Source: Flavobacteriales bacterium (GTDB taxonomy: Bacteria > Bacteroidota > Bacteroidia > Flavobacteriales_F > PHOS-HE28). From it: DNA of 64,000 bases. How positions within the stretch are numbered: the stretch's first letter is position 1; the number at the start of each line of letters is the position of its first letter. Position numbers and translations under genes: made by a program. The notes under the pieces are model-generated. The model saw only the letters and a list, made by a program, of their open reading frames with translations, did not search any database and was not told the DNA's origin. Below, one piece after another: positions 48,242-57,599 of the stretch. The stretch lies in the NCBI GenBank assembly GCA_041749915.1, contig JBGTAJ010000048.1:17844-81843 (forward strand), written 5' to 3'.

Positions 48242-48412
48242 GTTCTATGCCTGTTGAGTGCGGTCGAATGGGTATGCGGCGAAGGTAGGAACGCGGTCCG
48301 TTCGCGCTGCGGAATTCCCCCTGAGCAGTAACTCAGGGGCCTCCATCGGCGTCCCATGGCCGAGGGAATGGAAGATCCGCGTGCCGTGAGATCGGTGCGG
48401 GCAGGACCGAAG

Positions 48413-48431
48413 GAGCGGGCAACACCCGCTC
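48413..48431 (-). terminator. Hairpin downstream of the GT2 gene
   Basis: GAGCGGG-CAACA-CCCGCTC 7 nt past the stop. Confidence 0.55.
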
Positions 48432-48438
48432 TTCTCGT

Positions 48439-49290
48439 TCAGTGGAAGAACTGCATCACCTTGCTCCAGAGCTTGCGGGTCACCAGCAAGGGCGGGGCCT
48501 GCAGGTCGTTCAGCGCCCAGGACCGGCGCACTTCGCGGTTGGCCCGGAGGATGTGCCGCACGCTGCCGTTGCTCATGCCGCCCAGCCGGAAGCGCACCAG
48601 CACCTCGCGCATGTGGACGGTGCGCACCTGGTGCTTGTACAGGAAGCGCAGCAGGATCTCGTAGTCCGCACCGATGCGCAGGTCGGTGTTGAAATGGCCG
48701 AACCGATCGTACACGCTTTTGCGGATGAAGGTGCCCACGTGCGGCGGCATCCAGCCCCTGCGGAAGTTCTCGCGGTGGTAGGTGCCGCTGATCCAGGTGC
48801 GGTGCACCTTGTGGATGTCGTGCTCGTCCACCATGATGATGTCGCCGTACACCGCATCCACGTGTGCCCGTTGGAAGGCGCTCACCACCTGTGCGATCAC
48901 GTTCGGCGTCATCAGCAGGTCACCGGCGTTCACGAAGCCGATGATCTCGCCCGTGGCGCGGGCAAGGCCCTTGTTCATGGCGTCGTAGATGCCCTTATCG
49001 GGTTCGCTGACGAGGGTGGTGATGCAGCGTTCGGTAGAGCTGCTTGACACCTCCGCAGGGTCTCCTGAAAGGGACCCTGAGGCTGCCGTGTTCCGCAGGG
49101 TCCCCTCCTGCGTCGGGAGACCCTGCGCAGGTTTTGCATACTCCCGCAGGATCTCCACAGTGCCATCGGTACTGGCACCATCGATCACCACCAGTTCGAT
49201 GTCCGGGTGCGTTTGGGCCAGGATGCTGTCCAGCGTCTCCCGGATCACGGGGGCCACGTTGCGGCAGACGGTGATGAGGGTGACCTTCAT
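48439..49290 (-). CDS. GT2 glycosyltransferase (WcaE-like) with in-frame palindromic insertion
   Basis: IDGASTDGT, SEPDKGIYDAMNKG, NAGD, ADYE. Confidence 0.9.
   Translation of the reverse strand: MKVTLITVCRNVAPVIRETLDSILAQTHPDIELVVIDGASTDGTVEILREYAKPAQGLPTQEGTLRNTAASGSLSGDPAEVSSSSTERCITTLVSEPDKGIYDAMNKGLARATGEIIGFVNAGDLLMTPNVIAQVVSAFQRAHVDAVYGDIIMVDEHDIHKVHRTWISGTYHRENFRRGWMPPHVGTFIRKSVYDRFGHFNTDLRIGADYEILLRFLYKHQVRTVHMREVLVRFRLGGMSNGSVRHILRANREVRRSWALNDLQAPPLLVTRKLWSKVMQFFH
49052..49127. repeat. Two REP-like palindromes inside the GT2 gene
   Basis: TCCGCAGGGTC at 49052 and 49092; CGCAGGGTCTCC (49054-65) is the perfect reverse complement of GGAGACCCTGCG (49116-27). Confidence 0.75.
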
Positions 49291-49307
49291 TGTGCTCGTG
49301 GTGTGGC

Positions 49308-49868
49308 TCACGGAATGATGCGCTCCCGCACCGCCACCGCCGGATTCCCCTGGTAGATCGTGTACGCCTCCAGATCCTTCGTTGCCACGCTTCCCACCGC
49401 CAGCACCGCATGGCTGTGGAGGGTGACGCCCAGCGTGACGATGGCCCCCGCTCCCACCCAGCTGCCGTACTCCAGCACCACGGGCTTGCTGTAGGTGGGA
49501 TAGTCGATCTTCTTGTAGTCGTGGCTGCCTTGGATGATCATGGCACCCTGGCTGATGACGACGTTGTTGCCGATGGTGAGCTGGTCCAGGTTGTCCAGCC
49601 ACGCCCGTTGACCGATCCAGCTATGGTCACCGATGCGGAGCTTCCACGGGAACTTGATGTTGACCCCCGGATGGATCACGACGCCCTTCCCCACTTGGGC
49701 ACCGAAGAGGCGCAGCAGATGCGGCTTGGGTGAGCGGAACGGGAAGGCCGGGTTCAGGAAGAACAGCACGTTGGTGAAGTACCACAGGGTGCGCTTCAGC
49801 AGACCGGCCCCGGGGTCGAAGGTGCTGGAATTGTCGAAACGCGAGAGGTCGACCGTTCGGCGTGTCAT
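49308..49868 (-). CDS. wcaF: WcaF-type polysaccharide acetyltransferase
   Basis: LLRLFGAQVG, PGVNIKFPWKL.IGD, GSHDY, hexapeptide repeats. Confidence 0.9.
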   Translation of the reverse strand: MTRRTVDLSRFDNSSTFDPGAGLLKRTLWYFTNVLFFLNPAFPFRSPKPHLLRLFGAQVGKGVVIHPGVNIKFPWKLRIGDHSWIGQRAWLDNLDQLTIGNNVVISQGAMIIQGSHDYKKIDYPTYSKPVVLEYGSWVGAGAIVTLGVTLHSHAVLAVGSVATKDLEAYTIYQGNPAVAVRERIIP

Positions 49869-50248
49869 TTCGATCCGGGACTGACCAGTTCCAGCTTGAG
49901 GTGATCCGCAACGCGGACGAAACCGTCATCTGCAGTAAGCAGCGTGGCGTCCAGCACCATGGCTGTTGCTGCGATGATGGCATCGGGCAGTTTCAGTTTC
50001 AATTGTGAGCGAAGACGTATGGTCTCCTGCTTCACCCGGTCACCAAGACCAATGACGGTGCATCGGGCCACATATGCAGAGATCCGCTTTCGCTCCTTTT
50101 CATCCAGGCCGGGAAAGCTCAATGCCTCGATCTCTGCGATCACGGAAAGCATGACCGTGCGCCCCTTGACCCTGTCGGCGAGGTCCTGTCGGCCTGCAAG
50201 TGTGTACAGGATGATGTTCGTATCCACACAGATGAGCTCACCATTCAT
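49865..50248 (-). CDS. vapC: VapC-family PIN toxin
   Basis: VDTNII, SVIAEIE, KLPDAIIAATA, LLTAD..F. Confidence 0.92.
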   Translation of the reverse strand: MNGELICVDTNIILYTLAGRQDLADRVKGRTVMLSVIAEIEALSFPGLDEKERKRISAYVARCTVIGLGDRVKQETIRLRSQLKLKLPDAIIAATAMVLDATLLTADDGFVRVADHLKLELVSPGSK

Positions 50249-50414
50249 TGCGGATGCTGCGCTGGTAATCGACAGGGTCTATCGAAATGGTGATGGTTCC
50301 CACCAGATCATCCATGTTCAGGCCACCTTGTTGGACATGCTTTCTTGATGTCACCGTCTTGCCGGGACGCTTCTTCAAGGCTTTCCTGGTCTTTCCTTTG
50401 GTCTTCTCCGCCAT
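50238..50414 (-). CDS. Putative antitoxin (58 aa, below the ORF-track cutoff)
   Basis: MAEKTKGK...LVGTITISIDPVDYQRSIRNEW*, overlaps the vapC start by 11 nt; own TAACTTTG at 50420-50427. Confidence 0.75.
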   Translation of the reverse strand: MAEKTKGKTRKALKKRPGKTVTSRKHVQQGGLNMDDLVGTITISIDPVDYQRSIRNEW

Positions 50415-50517
50415 GTGCTCAAAGTTAACTGCTACCGTATGGTATGGCCTGGTAGCAATGGTGGTGACGGTGATGCGATCGGACCGCCTGGTGATGCGAC
50501 CTGCTTACGGGGAGTGC

Positions 50518-51669
50518 TCATGCGCCTAACATCGCCCGGTTCGATGCCAATGGCGCCGGGTCCGTCAAATATCGTATTCCCCGGCGGAAGGCGCCTTGGG
50601 CGAAGGCTGCATAGGCGGTTCCGTCCATGTCCACCAAGGTCTGCAGCGCAGCCGTGAAACGTTCCGGTTGCTCCAGCGGAAGGTCCCATCCTGCGTGGTC
50701 CTGCTCCAGGTCTTTCCACGGTGTGCGATCACTGATCAGCAGGGGCCTGCCCGCGCCGAGCGCCTCTAGCAGGGTGTGGCCGAAGTTCTCGCCCATGCTC
50801 GGCATGTAAAGGACATGCGCTGCGGTGATGGCGCTCCGCACCGCATCCTGCTCCACGTGACCGTGCCAGCTGACCGTGATGCCGTCCGGCAGATGCGCGA
50901 TCGCGTCCTGACAGGCGCGCCAGTATGCTTCGTCGTAGATGGTGCCATAGAGATCGAGGTGGACGATGCCCCGGATCCCGTGCAGCCGTTCAATGGCGAA
51001 CAGGGTGTTCTTCTCCTGCGCTATGCGGGCCACGCTGACAAGGCGCAAAATGCCGCTGGTCTTCGGCATCGGGTCCGGTGCGCTCCCTTGCTCTTTCCGT
51101 GCCAGGTTGGGTGCCAGATGGATGGTCTGCCGATCGCCGAACCACTTGCGGATATCCTCCTCCTCTTCCGCACTGGTGGCCTGGAACTCCACGCCCTTGA
51201 AACAGCCCATGCATTGCAGCGCCCGGAGGTAGAAGGTCTTCTTCATCCGTCCCTGCTCCATGGCGCCCCTGGCCAGCATGCCCCGGACCGCCACGATCCG
51301 GCGCACGGTCGTTCCACGGGTCAGCCACAGCGGGATGGCCGTGGTCCAGGGCGAATACAGTCCGTTCAGGTAGATGACATCCCAGCGACCTTGCCCCAGC
51401 AGCTTCCGCCAGGTGGCCAGGCTGCGTTGCTCTTGGGAACAGAAACAGACCTTCTCCCCTGCCTCACCGCTGGTCCATCGGTCCTTGGGCAGATCGGCAG
51501 GTGAGCTCGCAGCGGTATAGTCGCGGTCTCCGGTGAGGATGTGGAAGTCGACCTCGTTATTCAACTGCTCCACCAGATTGACCAGGCTGCGCACAGGACC
51601 ACCGGCCTTGAAGAATGGGCGGTACCAATCAATGAACACCAGCACCTGCGGTCGTTCGCCTGTGCTCAT
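50518..51669 (-). CDS. GT4 glycosyltransferase
   Basis: KAGGPVRS, ARIAQEKN, PSMGENFGHTLLEA. Confidence 0.9.
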   Translation of the reverse strand: MSTGERPQVLVFIDWYRPFFKAGGPVRSLVNLVEQLNNEVDFHILTGDRDYTAASSPADLPKDRWTSGEAGEKVCFCSQEQRSLATWRKLLGQGRWDVIYLNGLYSPWTTAIPLWLTRGTTVRRIVAVRGMLARGAMEQGRMKKTFYLRALQCMGCFKGVEFQATSAEEEEDIRKWFGDRQTIHLAPNLARKEQGSAPDPMPKTSGILRLVSVARIAQEKNTLFAIERLHGIRGIVHLDLYGTIYDEAYWRACQDAIAHLPDGITVSWHGHVEQDAVRSAITAAHVLYMPSMGENFGHTLLEALGAGRPLLISDRTPWKDLEQDHAGWDLPLEQPERFTAALQTLVDMDGTAYAAFAQGAFRRGIRYLTDPAPLASNRAMLGA

Positions 51670-52754
51670 CGTTCGCTCAGGAGTTCGTTCAGGACCTTCG
51701 CCCAGGCTTCCGGTGACCAGGCCGTGCCGAGAAGTGCACTGTGCCGTCCCATCCGCAGAAGTTCAGGATCACTTCGTTCGATGATGGAGCGAAGGGCCTT
51801 CTGAAGGTCGGCACTGTTCCCGGCCTTGAAGGCGTAGCCGTTGCTGCCGGTTTCGAGGAAGCGTTCAGAGGCGCCCACGGCATCGCTCAGCACCAGCGGC
51901 AGGCCCGAGCAGGCCTGTTCCTGTACCACCACGCCCCAGGGTTCGTAGAGGCTGGGCAGCACAAAGGCGCCGGAGCGGGCGATGACCTCCTCCAGTTCAT
52001 GGGCCTGTCGGAAACCCAGGTGTTCGACCCGCGGATGACGGCCGGCCGCCGAGCTCGTCACGGCCTCGAACTGTTCGCCGGTGCCCACCAGGGTCAGTTG
52101 CCAGTCGCCCGCCTGTCCTGCATCGCAGAGCGCCGCAAAGGCTTCGCAGAGCAACTGCTGGCCCTTGGTGGGAATGTAGCGGGCCACGCACAGGAAGCGG
52201 TGCGGCCACTGCTGTGTGCGTTCGGCCAGCAGTCGTTCGCCCAGGGGCGCGAACAAGGCGGTGTCCGCTGCATAGAAGCCCGTCCGGATGCGGAAGGGCT
52301 GAAATCCCAGCAGGCGCGCATAGACCATCTGCCGTTGACCGGTGGCCCAGGCGTGGCTGAATGTGAGGGGCACCCAGAAGCGGGCGGCGATCGCCGAAAC
52401 CCACTGCCTGACGCTCCCGGTCCAGGCGGTATCGAAGGTCATGACCGTGGGCACACGCCGAAGGTTCAACTTCCGGCACACGGCGAGGTAGCCCTTGTCC
52501 ACCCATCCGCTGGTGAGGACCAATGCCGGGGCACATTGCTCCGCGAGCTTCAGCAGCGCCGGTGTATCGAAGTCCTTGCGATCATACAACGTGATCCCCT
52601 GTCCGGGCTCGAGGTCGAAGGGCGCCTCCTGGTTCACCGGCCAGCGCACCACATGGAACTCCACCCCATCGCGGGCCACGGCGGCCTTGAAGCACGCCAG
52701 CACGTAGGGCGCCAGTTCCGTGTACAGGACGAGGATCCGGATGGGGCTGGACAT
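51666..52754 (-). CDS. GT4 glycosyltransferase
   Basis: VARYIPTKG, LPSLYEPWGVVVQE, SDAVGA. Confidence 0.9.
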   Translation of the reverse strand: MSSPIRILVLYTELAPYVLACFKAAVARDGVEFHVVRWPVNQEAPFDLEPGQGITLYDRKDFDTPALLKLAEQCAPALVLTSGWVDKGYLAVCRKLNLRRVPTVMTFDTAWTGSVRQWVSAIAARFWVPLTFSHAWATGQRQMVYARLLGFQPFRIRTGFYAADTALFAPLGERLLAERTQQWPHRFLCVARYIPTKGQQLLCEAFAALCDAGQAGDWQLTLVGTGEQFEAVTSSAAGRHPRVEHLGFRQAHELEEVIARSGAFVLPSLYEPWGVVVQEQACSGLPLVLSDAVGASERFLETGSNGYAFKAGNSADLQKALRSIIERSDPELLRMGRHSALLGTAWSPEAWAKVLNELLSER

Positions 52755-52832
52755 GCGTTGGGAGGGCGGCGATCAGGCGGCCAAAGGTACCCGAAGCCCG
52801 CTTGCTATCTTGCCGCACCAGATCACCGGACC

Positions 52833-53228
52833 ATGTGGAGGAACATCCTGGCCCTCATCACGGGCATCGTCGTCAGCATCGGCTTCAACCTGCTCCTTAC
52901 CTCGGTGAGCGGCGTGCTCTATCCTCCCCCGGCGATGATGGACATGAACGACCCCGGAGCCTTCGCGAAGCATGTGGCCTCGCTGCCACCGCTGGCCATC
53001 ATCCTGGTGTTGATCGCCCATATCGGGGGAGCCTTCGCCGGTGCCTTGGTGGCCGCACGCATGGCGGTCTCCACGCCCATGAAGTGGGCCTTGATCGTGG
53101 GTGCGATCGCCTTGGTGGGCAGTCTGCTCAACCTGGTGATGATCCAGCATCCGGTGTGGATGTGGGCCGAACTTCCGTTCTATTTGCTTGCAGCATGGGC
53201 CGGCGGAAGACTGGGCCAGCGCCCCTGA
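52833..53228 (+). CDS. Four-TM hypothetical membrane protein
   Basis: MWRNILALITG..., HPVWM motif; true start lies inside the longer track ORF. Confidence 0.7.
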   Translation: MWRNILALITGIVVSIGFNLLLTSVSGVLYPPPAMMDMNDPGAFAKHVASLPPLAIILVLIAHIGGAFAGALVAARMAVSTPMKWALIVGAIALVGSLLNLVMIQHPVWMWAELPFYLLAAWAGGRLGQRP

Positions 53229-53231
53229 GGC

Positions 53232-53918
53232 TCACTGGATGCGCGTGCGCACCATGTCGCTCACGCGCTTGCCTTTCGCGAAGCCTTTCCTGTAGTAGCT
53301 GATCCAGTAAGCGATCAGCGGTGAGCCGATGATGGTGGGCCAGAGCCACTGGAGCCAGGTGGGTTGGATCATGTGAAGGTTCACGGCGCTGAAGGCGGAC
53401 ACCGTGGCGATGTAGCCACCCAGGAAACCCGTCATGTGCATGTACAGCCATTCCCGCTTGTCCACGCTGCGCTTGTAGAACTGGTGCAGGTTCCGCCAGA
53501 CCATGAACAGGCCCACGGATCCGTAGACGAAGAAGATGATGCTCGCGCTATCCCGGCGTCCCATCGTCAGGTTGATCAGCCCCCACAGGAACAAGGCCCC
53601 GTTGATCACCGCCGCGGAACCCTGCAGGATGAAGTCCCAGCGTTGCATGCGCTGCCCCTCGTGGAGCTTCTTCAGGAACAGTGCCCGGTACCCCGAGGCC
53701 AGCATGTGGAAACTGAACAAGGCCACCAGCGCCATCAGGATATTGGGACGCACGATGCCGGCAATGATCGCCGTGACCACCACGACGGACATGGCGTAAA
53801 AGAAGACCTTACCCCAACGACGATGCGCATCGCTGCCCTTGGAGGCGAGCATGGCCAGGGGGGCGATCACCAGGGCGAGGGTGCCTGCGAATGCATGCAA
53901 GTATAGAAGCGCTTTCAT
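53232..53918 (-). CDS. DUF2306-like membrane protein
   Basis: LH..AG, KGS..HRRWGKVF, H...F.GGYIATVSAF, WLWPT. Confidence 0.75.
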   Translation of the reverse strand: MKALLYLHAFAGTLALVIAPLAMLASKGSDAHRRWGKVFFYAMSVVVVTAIIAGIVRPNILMALVALFSFHMLASGYRALFLKKLHEGQRMQRWDFILQGSAAVINGALFLWGLINLTMGRRDSASIIFFVYGSVGLFMVWRNLHQFYKRSVDKREWLYMHMTGFLGGYIATVSAFSAVNLHMIQPTWLQWLWPTIIGSPLIAYWISYYRKGFAKGKRVSDMVRTRIQ

Positions 53919-53920
53919 CC

Positions 53921-55369
53921 TTAGGGATCGACGACCACTATACGCGAAAAGTAGCGATCGCCATTCATATCGACCAGATCTATCCCGTATATGCCAGAGC
54001 GAATATATCCAATATTAATGAATCTTCCTGACGCCACGACCCCTTGCATTATTTCCCGGCCTTGCATGTCGGAAATACGGAAAGATCTTACCGGCGTGGT
54101 TGCGTGCATTACTTCAACGCTTCCTCCAGATCTCACGGGATTGGGCGTGATCGTCCAGTCCGAAGCCAACTCAATCGCAGCGATACTGACCGGGTCGAAG
54201 GTTTCTTGGACCTGTTCGGACTGCGTTAATCCGTTCAGGCCTGTTCGGATAACGAACATGGCACCAGGCCCCGGACCGAAGCTTGTCGTTGAACCAGCAA
54301 GGATGTATCCACCATCACCGGTGAGTTCTATGGAATATCCAACATCCTCACCACCACCACCGAACGTGGTGCCGAACTCAAATTCACCTACTGCGTTGGT
54401 CATCAATAGGTAAACATCCTTGCCACCAAGGCCGAAGGCGGTCGTATAACCGACCATTGTCAACCCTCCGTCCGGACGCTGTAGTACATCGTAGCCCTCC
54501 CAGTCGGAGATCTGCCCTACATGGTTAGTCCATTGGATGGATCCGAACTGGTCAACTTCCGCCAAATACATTTCAGAGTTTGTGCTGAATCCATGTGAAG
54601 AACCACCGATGATGTACGTGCCTTCCATGGTGGCCCTTACGCTCTGGCCAAGGTCAATGGAGTCGGTGCCGATCGTTGTGTCCCATTCCATTACGCCCGA
54701 GGACGTGAATTTCATAAGATGTACATCGGTGGTCCCATCGGAGATCCCCATGGTCCCGACGACAATGCATCCTCCATCTGCTGTTGCTTGGACATCCCGA
54801 GCCTCATCCTCATGGACGCCGCCCTGCAGTGAAGACCAGATCACATCACCCACCCCGTCAGTTCTCAGGATCCAATGGTCTGCACCACCCAGGGTGCCGC
54901 CATACGTGCGTCCTGCCAGGTACAGGCCAACGTCGTCCACTGCAATGGCGTAAATGAAATCCCAGTCCGGTGTGCCATAGGACCTGGACCATAGCACCTG
55001 ACCGAGGAGGTCGATGTGAATCACAGCACCGTCATATCCGCCCAACCCTCCTCCGGATGAGGTGCCAGCGATGAAGTAGCCATCGTCCGTCAACGCTATG
55101 CTCCAAGCCTCCTCAACTGCTATTCCACCATAGTAACCTGACCATTCACGTTCGCCCTCTGCATCGACCTTCATCAGGTATGCATCTCCACCCTGTCCGA
55201 AACTTCCTGTGGCGCCTGCGATCAAAAAACCACCATCCGGTGTTTGGACCACGGAGCGTGCTATATCACTGCCTGCACCACCATATGTCCGTCTCCAAGT
55301 GACCTGAGCATTGACCGGGCATATGTTCATAATCTCGAAGAAGATCATCGCAATTGCCGCTGAACACAT
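53921..55369 (-). CDS. Beta-propeller repeat protein with T9SS type A CTD (start uncertain)
   Basis: ~7 repeats of W...YGG...D.A.SV.QT.DGG.IIAG.T.SFG; PNPV...SGIY...RIVV C-terminus. Confidence 0.8.
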   Translation of the reverse strand: MCSAAIAMIFFEIMNICPVNAQVTWRRTYGGAGSDIARSVVQTPDGGFLIAGATGSFGQGGDAYLMKVDAEGEREWSGYYGGIAVEEAWSIALTDDGYFIAGTSSGGGLGGYDGAVIHIDLLGQVLWSRSYGTPDWDFIYAIAVDDVGLYLAGRTYGGTLGGADHWILRTDGVGDVIWSSLQGGVHEDEARDVQATADGGCIVVGTMGISDGTTDVHLMKFTSSGVMEWDTTIGTDSIDLGQSVRATMEGTYIIGGSSHGFSTNSEMYLAEVDQFGSIQWTNHVGQISDWEGYDVLQRPDGGLTMVGYTTAFGLGGKDVYLLMTNAVGEFEFGTTFGGGGEDVGYSIELTGDGGYILAGSTTSFGPGPGAMFVIRTGLNGLTQSEQVQETFDPVSIAAIELASDWTITPNPVRSGGSVEVMHATTPVRSFRISDMQGREIMQGVVASGRFINIGYIRSGIYGIDLVDMNGDRYFSRIVVVDP

Positions 55370-55409
55370 CTTTTCGGCGAGGCCATGACCACCCAATACC
55401 TTTATCCCC

Positions 55410-56663
55410 ATGTCCCCCGCCGCGCTTCGCAACTTCAGCATCTTCCTGGTGCTGTTGGTCCTCATCGACCTGTACGCATACAAAGGCCTGAACACCGCGC
55501 TCGCGAACCATTCGCTCACGCTGCGGCGCATCGTGCGCTTCCTGTATTGGATCGTTTCCATCGGCATCATTGGCTTGATGATCTGGTCGGTGTTCAGCAT
55601 GCAGGACCCTAAAGTACGGCGTGACCACAGCTACGCGTTCTCGTTGGTCGCCCTGTTCCTGCTGTTCTTCCTCCCCAAGGTGGTGATCGTGATCTTCCAT
55701 GGGCTGGACGACCTCTTGCATCTGGCCCGCTTGGGGTGGAATAAATTGCTCCCAGGTCCCGTGGATGCTCCCGGTGAAGGCATCGACCGGGTGCGTTTCC
55801 TGAGCCAGCTGGGTTTAATCGTGGCCGCGATCCCGTTCACCGGCGTATTGTACGGCGTGACCAAGGGCCGGAGTCGATTCAACGTGTCGCGGGTGCCGGT
55901 GCGTTCCGCGGGGTTGCCATCAGCCTTCCACGGTCTCACCGTGATCCAGATCAGCGACATGCACCTGGGCAGCTACGGTGGCGATCCGGCGCTGGTGCAG
56001 AACGGCATCGACCTGATCAACGCCGAAAAACCCGATCTGATCGTGTTCACCGGTGACCTGGTGAACGACTATGCCGAAGAGGCGGAACCCTTCATCGATG
56101 TCCTGAAAGGCCTGGAGGCACGCTTGGGCAAGTTCTCCATCCTCGGCAACCACGACTACAGCGACTATCCGAAGTGGGAAAGCCCCACCGCCAAAGCCGC
56201 CAACCTGGAACGCTTGAAGGCCATCCATGCGGAGATGGGTTTCCGTCTGCTGCTGGATGAACACGTGACGATCGAGGTGGACGGTGAGCGGATCGGCCTG
56301 CTGGGCGTGCAGAACTGGGGGCACCGCTTCCAGCAGTACGGGGACCTGGCCAAGACCATCCGGGGCACCGAGGCCATGCCCTACCGCATCCTGCTGAGCC
56401 ATGATCCCACGCATTGGGAGCACCAGGTGCAGGGCACCGGTATCGACCTTACGCTGAGCGGCCACACCCATGGAGCGCAGCTCGGGGTGAAGCTCGGGAA
56501 CACCACGTACAGCCCGGCCCAATGGGTCTACAAGCACTGGGCGGGCCTTTATGCCGAAGGCGGACAGCAGCTCTATGTGAACCGCGGTTTCGGCTTCATC
56601 GGTTTCCCGGGGCGCGTGGGCATGCCGCCGGAGATCACGGTGCTGGAACTGCTGAAAGCCTGA
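55410..56663 (+). CDS. Membrane-bound metallophosphoesterase (YkuE-like)
   Basis: SDMH, TGDLVN, LGNHD, LSHDP, SGHTHG. Confidence 0.93.
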   Translation: MSPAALRNFSIFLVLLVLIDLYAYKGLNTALANHSLTLRRIVRFLYWIVSIGIIGLMIWSVFSMQDPKVRRDHSYAFSLVALFLLFFLPKVVIVIFHGLDDLLHLARLGWNKLLPGPVDAPGEGIDRVRFLSQLGLIVAAIPFTGVLYGVTKGRSRFNVSRVPVRSAGLPSAFHGLTVIQISDMHLGSYGGDPALVQNGIDLINAEKPDLIVFTGDLVNDYAEEAEPFIDVLKGLEARLGKFSILGNHDYSDYPKWESPTAKAANLERLKAIHAEMGFRLLLDEHVTIEVDGERIGLLGVQNWGHRFQQYGDLAKTIRGTEAMPYRILLSHDPTHWEHQVQGTGIDLTLSGHTHGAQLGVKLGNTTYSPAQWVYKHWAGLYAEGGQQLYVNRGFGFIGFPGRVGMPPEITVLELLKA

Positions 56664-56699
56664 CGGAAGAAACGCCAGCAAGGCGGGTGGATCGTCCTT

Positions 56700-57560
56700 C
56701 TAACCGGGGAAGACGCTCGCTGCCTCGACCACACAGCGGTCCAGCTGTGCCAGATCAAGGCCGGTGCGGATGCCCTGGTCGTCCAGGTGATGCACGAAGA
56801 GTTCGGTCTGCAGGTTGCCTACCAGCTCATCCTCGGCCATGGGGCAACCTCCGTAGCCCTTGATAGCGCCATCGAAACGACGGCAGCCACCGTCCCAGGC
56901 CGCCTGGGTCTTGGCCTTCCAGTTCTCGGGCGTGCAATGCAGGTGGGCGCCGAACTCCACCATGGGCAAGGCCGGGATCAGTGCACGGAACATGCTGGTG
57001 ATATCCTCGGGCCGGGCCACACCCACCGTGTCGCTGAGCGCTATGATGCCCACCCCCAGCTCCTTCACCAGACGGTCCACCCAGTGCAGGGCCACCTCGG
57101 GGCTCCACGCATCGCCGAAAGGGTTGCCGAAGGCCATGCTGATGTATACCACGAGTTCCTTGCCGTTCGCGCGGGCCAGTTCCGCGATCCGTGCAGTGCG
57201 CTCCCACGAACCATCGATGCCGGTGTTGGTGTTCCGCTGCTGGAAGGTCTCGCTGATGCTGAAGGGATAACCGAGGTAGGTGACACTTGCTTGCTTCACC
57301 GCTTCTTCCGCACCGCGTTCATTGGCGACGATGACCAGCAGCTTGCTCGTGGACCCGCGACGGTCAATGCGGGCGAGTACTTCGGCCGTGTCCGCCAGTT
57401 GCGGAATCGCCTTGGGGCTCACGAAACTCCCGATATCGATGGTGTCGAAGCCCACCTTCAGCAGTTCGTTGAGGTACTTCACCTTCATCTCCGTGGGGAT
57501 GAACGGTCCGATGCCCTGCATCGCGTCGCGCGGGCATTCGATGAATTTTACGTCGGGCAT
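56700..57560 (-). CDS. Hydroxymethylglutaryl-CoA lyase
   Basis: ECPRDAMQG, SFVSPKAIPQ.ADT, SDTVG, HLH, GYGGCPMA. Confidence 0.92.
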   Translation of the reverse strand: MPDVKFIECPRDAMQGIGPFIPTEMKVKYLNELLKVGFDTIDIGSFVSPKAIPQLADTAEVLARIDRRGSTSKLLVIVANERGAEEAVKQASVTYLGYPFSISETFQQRNTNTGIDGSWERTARIAELARANGKELVVYISMAFGNPFGDAWSPEVALHWVDRLVKELGVGIIALSDTVGVARPEDITSMFRALIPALPMVEFGAHLHCTPENWKAKTQAAWDGGCRRFDGAIKGYGGCPMAEDELVGNLQTELFVHHLDDQGIRTGLDLAQLDRCVVEAASVFPG

Positions 57561-57599
57561 GTCAACCTCGGATGATGTGTGAAATGCAGGGAATGCGTG

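Noticed and set aside
48318-48339. CCCCTGAG-CAGTAA-CTCAGGGG hairpin upstream of fabG as a riboswitch or ncRNA
   Set aside because: It is a single 8-bp stem with no further conserved structure; insufficient evidence.
51741-52832. Long N-terminal extension of the 495-aa ORF; likewise 55370-55600 and 49291-49602
   Set aside because: These overlap genuine genes (GT4, phosphoesterase, wcaF); the real starts are internal.
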